Assembly (NCBI RefSeq): GCF_963506605.1
Contig: NC_083277.1
Coordinates: forward strand, 56,854,001 to 56,918,000
DNA from: Zootoca vivipara
Taxonomy: Eukaryota
Length of the DNA stretch: 64,000 nt
Direction of reading: 5' to 3'
A program made the position numbers and the translations under genes. Shown piece by piece: positions 1-16,750 of this stretch (the first letter of the stretch is position 1; the number at the start of each line of letters is the position of its first letter). The notes under the pieces were generated by a model. That model did no database searches, was not told where the DNA came from, and worked only from the letters and a program-made list of their open reading frames with translations.

Positions 1-284
1 AATTCCTTCTTAATCTCAGCACTTGATTAGTGTAATGTGATCTACATAGGTTGCCTAAGTCACAGCTGGTGCAGAATGTGGCAGCCCATTGCTTAATGGA
101 CGGGGTTCTGGGAGCACAGTATATCACCAGCAGCAATCTGTAGCCTGCCCTCTCCAACATCCTAAGCAAGCATGGGTCCAATATTGCTTTTTAAGGTAGC
201 TTCCTTCGTCAGTTCCACCCATGCATCAGCCTATCCTACAGGGTTGTGGTGAAGATGAATGAAATCAAGGAGTATTATGTGCAC

Positions 285-393
285 TGTTGTGTTGTTGTTT
301 AGTCATTTAGTCGTGTCCGACTCTTTGTGACCCCATAGACCAGAGCATGCCAGGCACTCCTGTCTTCCACTGCCTCCCGCAGTTTGGTCAAAC
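285..393 (-). mobile_element. Bov-B (RTE) LINE 3' end fragment
   Basis: gttgttgtttagtcatttagtcgtgtccgactctttgtgacccc...tgtcttccactgcctccc matches the reverse complement of the Bov-B 3' tail with its (CAA)n end; recognised from memory of the family. Confidence 0.7.
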
Positions 394-804
394 AAAGTAC
401 CGGGCCTTAAATGGGCTAGCAACATGACTAAAATAATAAATCAAGGCTAAGTCAGATGGTTTTGGAGAAAGCAGTCTCAGACTCAGGGTTGCTTAGAGGT
501 TACAAAATTTGCACTTTGACTGCAGTGGGGGACTGGGGAAGAAGGCTAGAAAGCAGTAGTTTTGGTGGAGAAAAGAAACAAACCAAAGAAATAAAATAAC
601 GCACCAGAGAATTTTGGGACCATATAATATAACCACAAGCCTTAGGAGAGTGAGCTTTATGAAAAACTGAATCTAGATACTTAGACAATGTTTTTGTTTG
701 TTTGTTTACTGTCTGAACAATTAGAATAATAGAATTGTTGAGCTGCAAAAGACCCAAAGGGTCATCTAGTCCCGCCCCCTGAAATACAGGCAAGAACTGA
801 ACTT

Positions 805-970
805 AAAGGTAAAGGAAAGGGACCCCTGACTGTTAGGTCCAGTTGCGGACGACTCTGGGGTTGCGGCGCTCATCTCGCTTTACTGGCCAAGGGAACCGGC
901 GTACAGCTTCCAGGTCATGTGGCCAGCATGACAAAGCCGCTTCTGGCGAACCAGAGCAGCGCACGGAACT
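805..970 (-). mobile_element. Sauria SINE, partial
   Basis: Starts with aaaggtaaagg (reverse of the ACCTTT tail) and contains the core ggtcatgtggccagcatgac; near-identical to the copy at 1791-2030. Confidence 0.8.
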
Positions 971-1790
971 TACTTTGCCACAAATCATCAGTGACATAGT
1001 TAATTGATGCCAACCCTAGGTTATCTGTTAACAAAGTTGTTTCCAGCTCAATAATTACACAGTACTTGCCTCACCATGGGGCTAAACACACAGAACATTA
1101 AGATAATTATTGTAGCCATGACATATCATAAATCGCATTCTTCAAAATATAAAGTATTATAATTACACATGTGGAAAATATAGGCATAGCTCTGTATTGT
1201 TTAGGGTTTGCGTTTTAAAGATTACAAGCCGTACGAAGACTCCAGAAATCCAATGAAAACTCCCAGAATACTGGTGGTTTTATTTGCTCTTCTGCAGTAA
1301 CAAGTGGAACCTTCAACAAAATTGTGCAGTATTTCCTCCTTCCTAAGCAGAGTGTTCCTATTGTGGGTTACAGGCAGCCATTCTCTCCAAGCAGGGCATT
1401 TTGCTACACTGCACCAACACACACCCCACCACTTTCCATTTCCTGGCATTAATGACTACAGAGCATGCTCAGTCCTTATTTGGCAGGGGGGTTTTTTGGC
1501 AGAGGGAGACAGTTGATACCTTTTGGTGGTGGTTGTGTTTTTTTTAAAATGGTTTTGTACTTCTGTAAATTTCAGGGTTCTTCTGAGCATGGGGAACACT
1601 CTCTTGTTTTGCCATGACTCCATATTGACTCTGGTCCTGATTTCTGATTTCACTGTTTGAGGGAGTGAAGATTTCAGTTTTCATTGCAGAAATGACAGAG
1701 AAAACAATACTATGCATTATATTTCTCCAGAATTACTCGGGGGGCGTGGCGTTAACTGTTTGGTTTGGTTTTCTTTTTACATTGATCTTG

Positions 1791-2030
1791 TAAGGGTAAA
1801 GGGACCCCTGACCATTAGGTCCAGTCATGACCAACTCTGGGGTTGCAGCGCTCATCTCGCGTTTATTGGCCCAGGGAGCCAGCGTACAGCTTCCGGGTCA
1901 TGTGGCCAGCATGACAAAGCCGCTTCTGGCGAACCAGAGCAGCGCACGGAAACACCGTTTACCTTCCCACTGGAGCGGTACCTATTTATCTACTTGCACT
2001 TTGACGTGCTTTCGAACTGCTAGGTTGGCA
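1791..2030 (-). mobile_element. Sauria SINE, partial
   Basis: gggtaaagggacccctgaccattaggtccagtc...gtggccagcatgac...gagcggtacctatttatctacttgcac...gctttcgaactgctaggttggca; second copy of the 805-970 element. Confidence 0.8.
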
Positions 2031-2809
2031 TTTATCTTGTAGGGGATCCTAATTCAGCCAAAGCAACTTGACCTCTAAAGCACCACATCTCCATTTGAAA
2101 CACACACAGCTTTTTTTTCAGCTGGAACTTGCCAAAACTCAGTTCTGGCACTTCTCAGGTAGGCGCCATTGTTGTTATAAAAGAACAAGCGTTCATGGTG
2201 AATTCCGGCACCTCTTTTTCTAGAAAAATAGCACTGCAACACACATACGGGCTTTCCTCTGAAAATCTATGTGAAAATGCTGGCCTAATTTTATTATCTT
2301 TTAGGTTTTTTGCTCTGCTTCCTCATACAGGTTTAGAACCGTTTTAGTTTTTATTTTAAATAAACGATCACCATCCCCCAAGGCAGGGGCTGGGATTTAA
2401 ACTGTCTCCTTTGATTACTGAGCATCACCACCAGTACCCTTAGCAGATGAATGTTAAGCAGAAGAGGTGGGAATTTTGTACTAACAACCGCCAGAGGTGC
2501 ACCTAGGTGCCCTTGGAAAGAGCTGCACCCCTTTTGCCTTGGCAAGGAGATATATTGGCATCTCTGAAGCTGCAAGAGACCATGGACAAAAAACTCAAAA
2601 AGTTTGCTTTTCATAGCTTTTGGGTTCCGCCAGTGACTTCCTGCCTTCCTGTGGGATCGTGTAGTCAGGCGGACTCCTAGCCACTCTAAGCCAGAGTGGA
2701 GAGGTGCTATTTTTGTGACCACCAAGGCCTGTGCCCTGACAACAACAGAGCAAAACATACGGAATCAGAAAGAAGAAGAAATTTGCTGAATATAGGGGTG
2801 TGGCTAATA

Positions 2810-2905
2810 ATAGCTCCGCCCACCTGATTGTCAACCTCAAATTCCACATTCTCGAATGGGCATTCCTTGCTTTACTCTAGGAGCCATTAAGGCAGTGACG
2901 TTGGA
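2810..2905 (+). promoter_or_regulatory. Candidate promoter of the C2-domain gene
   Basis: GC box CTCCGCCCAC (2814-2823) and CRE half-site GTGACGT (~2895) immediately upstream of the predicted ATG at 2925. Confidence 0.35.
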
Positions 2906-2924
2906 TGTCAGTTGAATTGGCTAC

Positions 2925-5900
2925 ATGGAGCTGGATGCAAACCAGGGGGGAACAAAGTCCTTGTCGGAGATCGGGTAAAGAGTTGTTCCATCTCGCTAGA
3001 TAGCTAAATGTTGACTCAGTCCCAACTCAGCCTAAGACGACCAGCTAATATTATGTTTGTAACCTCACCCTCAAATACTTTCAGGGCAGCTCCAATGGAG
3101 TTTCCCCAGGTTAACCTCACAGTAACCCTGCAATTTAGATTAGGAAAGGAGATTTGGATGGGGAGAGAGCTGGGTTCAAAGCTCTGCTGCAACCGGAAGC
3201 GCACTGGGTGAACTTGGAGAACTGGGCCAAAACTAGCGAAATGAATTCCAATAGGGACTAATGGAAGGTTCTGCACTTAGGGAGGAATAACCAGCTGCGC
3301 AAATATAAGAGGGGGCACATCTGGATTGCCAGTAGTACAAATGAATAGGGTCTTTGTAGATCACAAGCTCAACATGTGATGCAGCGGCAAAAAAGTGAAT
3401 ACTATTATAGGCAATATCAACAGAGGTATAGTGTCTAGATCAAGGGAACTAAGAGCACTGCTCGGTTCTGCCTTGGTCAGACCACATCTGGAATACTACT
3501 GTGTCCATTTCTGGGTGCCACAATTTAAGAAGGATATTGACAAGCTGGGATGTGTGTGGAGGAGGGCAACCAAGAAGATCAGGGGTCTGGAAACCAAGCC
3601 TTATGAGGAACAGTTGAGGGAGTTGGGTATGTTTAGCCTGGAAAAGAGGCAACTGAGAGGAGATATGATACCCATCTGCAAATATCTCAAGGGTTGTCAC
3701 ATGGGGGATAGAGCAGGCTTGTTTTCTCCTGCTCTGGAGGGTAGGACTCAGCCAATGGATTCAAGTTACAAGAAAGGAGATTCTGACTAAGCATCAGGAA
3801 GAACTTTCTGCCAGTAAGAGCTGTTAAGACAGTGGAACGGATTCCCTCGGGAGGTTGTGGACTCTCCTTCCTTGGAGGTTTTTAAACAGAGGTGGATGGC
3901 CATCTGTCATGGATGCTTGAGATGAGATTCTTGCATTGCAGGGGGTTGGACTAGGTGACCCTCAGGTCTCTTCCAACTTTACAATTATACGATTCTGTTA
4001 TTCTATGACTTTCTTCACAGCCACTAACTAATAAAAGGATTTGTCTTTGCAGGGTGGATGAGGAGACAGAAAAGGAGCCTGCCTGGCACCCTACCCACCT
4101 GCAGCTGACTGTCTTGCGTGCCTGCTCTCTACGCTCCAAGGGCGCCACTGGCACCAGCAACCCTTACGTTGTGATTCAGCTACAGAAGCAAAAGTTCAGG
4201 ACATCCGTAGCCCTACACAGCCTGAGTCCCGAATGGCATGAAGAGTGTACATTGCAGCTGCCCAGTGTGCTGGATGACTCAGAAGAGAATGGCCTCATCC
4301 TTACCGTCATGCACCAGTCCTTGCATCATTTCAACCAGTTCCTGGGCAGAGTCTGCTTGCCTCTTGCCCAACTTTTTCAGGACAAAACGAAGAGAAGAAA
4401 TGAGTGAGCATCACCTGCCAGCCCTGCGTCTATCTCGCAAAGTCAAGCTGGGGATAGCCAACACAGTGTCCTCCTGGTGCAATTTCCATCAGCCATAGCC
4501 AGTTTGGCCAGTGGTCAAGATTGATGGCAGTTGTAGTCTAGAGGACACCATGCTGGTTAATCCACATTTTTGAACCATGGGGTGGCATCAGGCAAGATGT
4601 GTAGGAAGATATAGTTTGGAGCAGTGGCGGAGCTTCATGCTCCGGCACCGGGGGGCGGAGAGCAGGGGGGACTGGTGTGTGTCCTGGGGGCACGGCGTGC
4701 CGCCGGATGGTGTGGCACACTGCGTGAGGGGGTGTGGCGCCCAGCACGGAGGGGGGGGGCAGCTGCGATGGCACCCCACTGGGATCGCGCTGCCGGGGGC
4801 GGTGCGCTCCCCCCGCACTCCTCTTCCTCTGCCAGTGGTTTGGAGGTGATGGCCCTTAAGAAAGTGTTCAGCGCCATAAGCAGCAAAAATGTGGCAAAGC
4901 CTTTTAAGAGGTGCATCATTGCCCAGCCGAGGTAGCAATGCAAATGTCATGCACACACAAACACATGCACACAATAAGAGACTGGACGAAAACTGGCTGC
5001 AAACTAACCAACCCATAGCTTCCATAAAAATGCACATATTGAAGGGCTATGTAAAAGTGCCTAATTTTAGCTGGGATTGTAATATTAGTAAGTACTTGGG
5101 AGGAAAGGAGAGGGCCTGGCCTTTTCCATTGGGGCTCCCCACTTGTTGAATGCTTTCCTGCTGAAGTCCACCTGGTACCATAATTAACGTCCTTCTGGCT
5201 CCAGTTAGAAACTTATCACTTCCCAGGCATTTGATAGCAAAATTGTAATAATCTATTTATTGATGGTGTGCTTTTGCTGCTCTTTTATTGGTTGTTTTAT
5301 TATATGGCTTTTTTGTAATACATCCTCCCCCCCCTTTTTGTGCCATGCTTTAGGCTTTTAACATTTTGTAAATCACTCATAGGCTCCTTTTGTAGCAAGT
5401 TATTAATTAATAGCTGACTGGAGAAGCAAGAGGGAGGATTCTGTCTTCTTCAGAGCTGGTAGGGAAGTTTAGCATATGGATGACATTTAATACACTTCTC
5501 CAGTCACACTCTTTGAAATGCCCAGTTGCAGAATCTGGCAGGCTCCACCTTCAGCAAACCACCCAGGCGCACCATGTTTAACATCTCCAGTATAGAATAG
5601 GGCAATTCACATTTTCCAAAATGTAAGTTGCAGCAATTAGCCTGTAAGCAAACAGGAAACTGGTAGGCCGAAAGATCCAGCCAAGTGCTGAGGTCACTGC
5701 AACACACACCCAAATTGGAAATTTAGGGGAGTTGCAAACTTCTCATCAGCTGCCACCAGTTTACAAAATGGTTACATTCACACTGTGGCAAGTTACAACT
5801 TGGTCAATATTCAACCGCAGTATATGACAGGGGAAACCAACAGTGCCCTCCAGATGTTGTGTCGCACGAATCCCATCACCCTCAGCCAGCACAACCAAAG

Positions 5901-7251
5901 GTCAAGAATCATGAGTGTAGTCCAGCAACATCTGCAGGGCGCTGTGTTGGCTACCCCTGCTCTAGAGCATCCTTCTGAAACCCAGCACCCTCTAGATGTG
6001 TACTGCAACTCTCTTTAGCCCAGGGTTTCCCAAACTTGGGTCTCCAGCTGTTTTTGGACTACAGCTCCCATCATCCCCGACCACTGGTCCTGCTAGCTAG
6101 GCATGATGGGAGTTGTAATCCAAAAAACAGCAGGAGACCCAAGTTTGAGAAACACTGCTTTAGCCCAAGTCAGTCACTGTAGTACAGGGTTGTGCAAAAC
6201 ATCCGGAGGACACCAGGCTGAGGAAGGTTGCCCTATTGTGTTACCACATAGGTCCCAAGAAACAACCTGGTGGCTATATTCTGCCTCTTCTAACCTAGAC
6301 AGTACGCCTCTGAATACCAGTGGCTGAGAATCACAAGTGGAGAGAGCGCTATTTGGCTCTGCTCCTGCTTTTGTGCATCTCATAAGCATCTGGTTGGTGT
6401 GAGAACAGGATGCTGGATTAGATGAGCCTTTGTCCTGGTACTGCAGTGGTAACCCATAGAGCCAGGGTAGACTGTGTGCAACTCTTCAGATTTTTCAGGC
6501 TACAATTTGAGTCACCCCTGCTCAGTAGCCAAACTGACTGGGTCTGATGGGACTTGTGCTCCACAACACCATGTTGCCTCTCAGCAGTAGAAGAGTGGCA
6601 AGTTAAGACACCTGCCATAGAGACCATTGCCTTCTCTCTCTGCAGGTGGTTTGTGCTGCAATCTCGACCTGGCAAGAAGGAGAAGACAAGAGGACAGCTG
6701 CAGCTGGACATTCAGTTCTTACAGATCTCACCACAAGCCAGTGAGCCAGCGTTAAACTCTCGTGGGCCCTGGGCTTTCTTCTCCAGATTCTATGGGAGCA
6801 GGAAGGGCAGGCGGTACAAGGTGTACAAAGAAGCTCCATCTCAGTCACCTAGCTTGGTATGTGAAGCAGGACAGAACCTGTCCCAGTTATTGAGTTCTCT
6901 TCTGCAAGGGGTGCAGGCACTTTCCTTTTTCAGCCAGTAGAAGCTGAAGGCATTTGGGCCAGAAACTCCACTTTTTAAGTAGTTCTGTACACAACTTGCA
7001 TAACTGGCAAAGTGTTCCTAAAATACAAAGGCAACCCTGTTGGCCCACAACTATCATTCAGAGGGCCTTCTTGGTGGTGGCATCTGCCCTCCCACCAGAT
7101 GTCAAGGAAATAAACAACTACCTGACTTTCAGAAGACATCCGAAGGCAGCCCTGTTTAGGGAAGTTTTTAATGTTTGACGATTTATTCGGTTTAATATTC
7201 TGTTGGGAACCGCCCAGAGTGGCTGGGGAAACCCAGCCAGATGGGTGGGCT

Positions 7252-7290
<39 letters not shown>

Positions 7291-9742
7291 CACATTAGGG
7301 TAATCCTGTCATGTGGCCAATCAATATGTCAAAAAATGGTGTGCAAGCTTTTCTGTTCTCCAGAACTCTTCATCAGGCAGATAGTAAGCAGAGCAAATGG
7401 TGGGTGGGAGGAGGTGGCAGCTGGTGGTGAAGTCATCACTGTATGAGTCTTTAGATGGAGTGAGATATGAGACCACAGACGTTCAAATGAGGTTACATTA
7501 GGTATTACGGAGGCATCAGTTTGCACTGTGGCCTCTTGGGAAGCAGAAAACCCTCTTGGTCTACTGCCTTAGGCTACAGTCCTATATACCCACTGACTAG
7601 TGGTTAAGCATCCCTGGACTCAGGTGTGCTGTCAGCCAAATAATCCTGTTCCTCAAATAGAATAATACCGAGCAAGGCTTCCTGAATAGTGACTAACCGC
7701 CAAGGCCCATTTTGTTTCCATTCCTTGCAAATGGTGACAGACTTCCCTTCCCTTTTTGTTGGTTAAAAAAAAATCCAAGCATTTCTCTAATAGGGATAAG
7801 AACATTGGGAAGAGAGGAAGCCTAGCCAACCAAGTCCTAGTTCTCTTTATCAAGCATATCACTATAAGCATCATTTCTGGCGGGGGATGGTAGGCAGTGA
7901 CCCTAGTTGGGCACATTTGAATAGTGGTGGAGTTAGCTTCAGAGCTGCTGCCTTAACTCTGTATGCTTCCCTATTATACAGACAAACGACGAGGATTCAT
8001 CTTCCTCCAGTATGACCACTGAGCTAGAGGCCTCATCAATGAAGTCTGCATCCAAGTGTGGCAGCTCCTTGCACATGGTAGCAGGTGACTACAGAGAGGA
8101 GGAAGTGCCCAAGCTGTATAAGGCAGCACTGTGAACACCTTACCAACTGGAGGGTGTTACCTCCATGTAGGGGTTGCCAATGTAGTACCTTCCAGATGTT
8201 GTGGACTACAGATCCCACCATCCCTGGCCACCGACCATGCTTGTTGGGAGTAGGCATCCAATATCTGGAAGGCACTAGACTGCAGAAGGATGCCCTGTGA
8301 GATCGCTTATCACAGGCATGCACTAGTTCCAACCTTGCTTTAGAAAAGGAGCATGTGCTAAACCTTTAAGACCTGCAGTACAAACTGACCTGAAGCATAG
8401 CTGGCCCTCTTTCTCCAGGGAAGCAGACCCAAACTATCGCTTAGCTGATCAAACAATTGCTAAGCTGTGTTATCAGTGGTAAGCCCCTGTTTATTTCATA
8501 AATGAGACAGCACCCCATCTTCAGCAACTTCCTATTACTGTCGGCAGTGCATCTTCCATTACTTGTAGTGTCAAAGTGCATCATCAGAGAACTAATGGGG
8601 ACAACATTCTCAATTCTCGATCAACTTCCACCATTAGCTCCCAGCAACTGCTATAGTAGCTTCACATTGCTGAAAAGTGACACCAGGGATGTCAATATGA
8701 GAGGGATGGGTCTCAGAAAAAGTATTGCTCTACTTCCTTTGTGTTAAGGGAAGGATTCAGATGACAGTACGCATGAGGGGCCATGTGGGATAGCCCCACT
8801 CACACTGCTGGCCACATTCAGCAACGGTGAGAGGGTCTCCAAGTCAGTGCCAACTCTGTCACATATCTCTGCCTGCCACAGATGCTCCATGCTAATCTAT
8901 GCATCTGCCTCACATGTGCTTTCACATGAGGGTTTGCTCATTCAGATCAGTACCTACTTCTTGGTGGTCACCCTCCAAGTCTGAGAGGACAGACTGACAA
9001 GCCAAGAGTTCCACTGTGCACTCTCCAATTTTGCCCTGGTGCACTGTGGATTGTCTGCAAAATCTGGAAGATTTAGGCAAGGACTAGATTAGGGGGAAAC
9101 AGCAAAGCAGTCAGCACATATAGAAGCCTAGAAGTCAAGGGAAGTTGCTAAAAGTGCAACACCGCTGGCTGAAAGTCAATCTTGATTTCCATGTACCCAG
9201 CGGCAAGCAATTAATGAAAAGTTTTGTTAAGTGGGAACTGCTTTTGGGGTGTAGAAAATCACAATTCTGTAACCCCTTTGGCTCTACCCTCACCCCTTAC
9301 AGCAACTTCGGCTGGCAAAAAATCTACCTCCAAAACTCAGCTGCAGAAGCTTATTTCGTGCAACTACAAAGAACTCACCCCTGATGCTAAGAACCTGGCA
9401 GCCAATTCAAGTCAGTCTGAGCATCCAAGTACCCTTGAACAGTTCAGCAGCATATTTACTCAACAGCTCAAGAAAAAATCTAAGCCTCTGAAAGAGGAGA
9501 GGAACCTGGAGGCGGCAGGCATTTCTATGGAGGCTTGGCAAACATCTCTCCCACCTCTCCATGTTGCAGGGCCCAGTGACATCCCTCCACGAGCACAGAC
9601 CCTTCACCTGTCGACAGTGAGCCTCCAGCAGACAGCCAGCACTGCTACAGCCAGCTCTGTGACCAGGCACTTCCACAGATGCCGCATGCACCTGAGTAGG
9701 AGCTATCAGTTCTTTCGCAGGTGTTTTGGCCTGGTTCCCTGA
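2925..9742 (+). CDS. Class I Rab11-FIP-like C2-domain protein (~384 aa), no Rab11-binding domain seen
   Basis: Phase-compatible GT-AG exons 2925-2974, 4053-4403, 6646-6856, 7982-8084, 9303-9742 (1155 nt). Exons 2-3 encode WHPTHLQLTVLRA...GTSNPYVVIQLQKQKFRTSV...PEWHEECTLQLP...LTVMHQSL...FLGRV...E|WFVLQSRPGKKEKTRGQLQLDIQF, matching the RAB11FIP1/2/5 C2 domain. Exons 2-3 are strong; exons 1, 4 and 5 are inferred from splice signals and frame only. Confidence 0.7.
3210..4008 (+). mobile_element. CR1 LINE 3' fragment, degenerate
   Basis: ORF 3395-3790 reads [27 protein letters not shown]...[18 protein letters not shown] (CR1 ORF2 C-terminus); ends in ATTCTRTG-type tail repeats near 4000. Confidence 0.9.
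4622..4837. mobile_element. GC-rich non-autonomous hAT element
   Basis: Imperfect terminal inverted repeats CAGTGGCGGAG...CTCTGCCAGTG and a perfect 8-bp TSD GTTTGGAG (4614-4621 and 4838-4845). Confidence 0.75.
6021..6157. mobile_element. Palindromic hAT (Charlie-like) MITE
   Basis: CAGGGTTTCCCAAACTTGGG...CCCAAGTTTGAGAAACACTG long inverted repeat; perfect 8-bp TSD CTTTAGCC. Confidence 0.85.
7030..7288 (+). mobile_element. L2-type LINE 3' end followed by a (CA)n microsatellite
   Basis: gccttcttggtggtggca...ttcagaagacatccgaaggcagccctgtttagggaagtttt...cgcccagagtggctggggaaacccagccagatggg, then (CA)n at ~7255-7288. Confidence 0.6.
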
Positions 9743-9968
9743 TGCTGGGGGTCCGTCTCTTGTTCTCTTGGTGAAGGAGATTTATTGGAATAGTCATATT
9801 GTACAAATGCATCATATTCAGACAATATATCTCTTTACTTGTGTGGCTAGTTTTTTTAATTTTAAGGCGTGCCTTCAGGGATCTGAAGAATGGGTTTGGA
9901 TGAGGGTTCTGGATTAGAAAGTTTAATGGGCCAGAAAAGTGAGAAGGTGCAAATCAAAATGCCAGATA

Positions 9969-10199
9969 CAGTGGAACCTCGTGCTACGTAGCGCCCTCCT
10001 TGCAAACGCTTCGGGTTACGAGCTCCGCTAACCCGGAAGTAGATGCTTCCAGTTGCGAACTTTGCCCCGGGATGTGAGCGGAAGTCACGCGGCAGCAGTG
10101 GGAGGCGCCATTAGCGAAAGCACACCTCATTTTATGAGTGGTTTTGGCTTAAGAACAGACCCCCGTAAAGAATTAAGTTCGTAACCAGAGGTACCACTG
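9969..10199. mobile_element. Tigger/pogo-like MITE
   Basis: TIRs CAGTGGAACCTC...GAGGTACCACTG flanked by TA on both sides. Confidence 0.8.
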
Positions 10200-10286
10200 T
10201 ACTACTTACAGCAATGCCTATGTGTGTGCGTGCACACACACACACACACACACGATTTCCTTTCATGAGGCACTCGCCTTAATGGC

Positions 10287-10292
10287 TTTATT
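10287..10292 (-). terminator. Candidate polyadenylation signal of B4GALT7
   Basis: AATAAA on the - strand, ~670 nt after the stop codon. Confidence 0.45.
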
Positions 10293-10961
10293 GAAGCAAG
10301 CCAACAGCTTTCACAGTCCCAAAGACCCCAATAACAAGACCCTTTACCATAATGGGTTTAGGTCTGGTGGTTAGTGACAATGCTCTCTGAGCCAGAGCAC
10401 AAGTGTCCACTTAGGAGGAGACCTCATAAGAAGAGATGGGGTGCACAAGAGCTTCACAGCAAGTCTCTATACATATTTTGAAATAGGAGAGCAGCAAACT
10501 TCCAATAAGTTTACCTGATAGTGATTCTGTAAAGTCCTTTAAGCAACAGCCTGGGCAACAAGTCTATAGGTCCCACTGCCTTGTTATCACATAGTGTTGG
10601 AGTACTGGCTGATATAGGCAGGATGATTCAGTCACTGACCTGCCTCTTAGTCTCAGATTTTCTTCCATATGTTGAGGTGTAGGTTGCCAAGTCAACATCC
10701 TTCTGAACAGGCGCTCAGCCCATTTAATCTTGCCAGTGTCTCTGCATTCACTGCCACTTTGCCTGCATCCACACGGAGGCCATGCTCTGCATCTGACCTG
10801 TCAACTGATGTGGATCCTCGGACCTTTTGTTGCAACCATTGGACCCACAGGCATCCATGCCCTGTTGCTGGCTCCTGCAGAAGGATCTGCCTTTGGAGAG
10901 TCCAGACACAATTCTGGTAACCAGCTGCTGCAGCAATGCAAGAGTCTATGCAGGAGTCGGC

Positions 10962-16535
<5,574 letters not shown>

Positions 16536-16539
16536 AGTA

Positions 16540-16750
16540 GACTTGCGCCGGGATGGGAACATCCTACTGCCTTGCCGGCAGGACTCCCCACCCAACCCAG
16601 CCGGGACACGTTGGCGAGGACACCAGGTCCGTCGACTAGAGCGGTCCTCTAGAAACGTGCTCCCCATTGGCTGTTCCGCCTAACACTCGTTCCTACACGA
16701 GGACAGCTACTCAGAGGAACCGCAGATTCGCCGGTTTCCCGGCAGAGGTG
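16540..16750 (-). promoter_or_regulatory. B4GALT7 CpG-rich promoter / 5' UTR
   Basis: CpG enrichment and a CCAAT box (cagccaatgg on the - strand, ~16665) upstream of the ATG at 16535. Confidence 0.6.

Noticed and set aside
4538-5037. Cluster of overlapping ORFs on both strands
   Set aside because: Explained by the GC-rich hAT insertion (few stop codons); no protein motifs
8419-8478. Possible extra exon of the C2 gene (ttctccag|...|gtaagc)
   Set aside because: Open only as a phase 2-2 exon, which is incompatible with the phase-1 junction between 8084 and 9303; left out of the model
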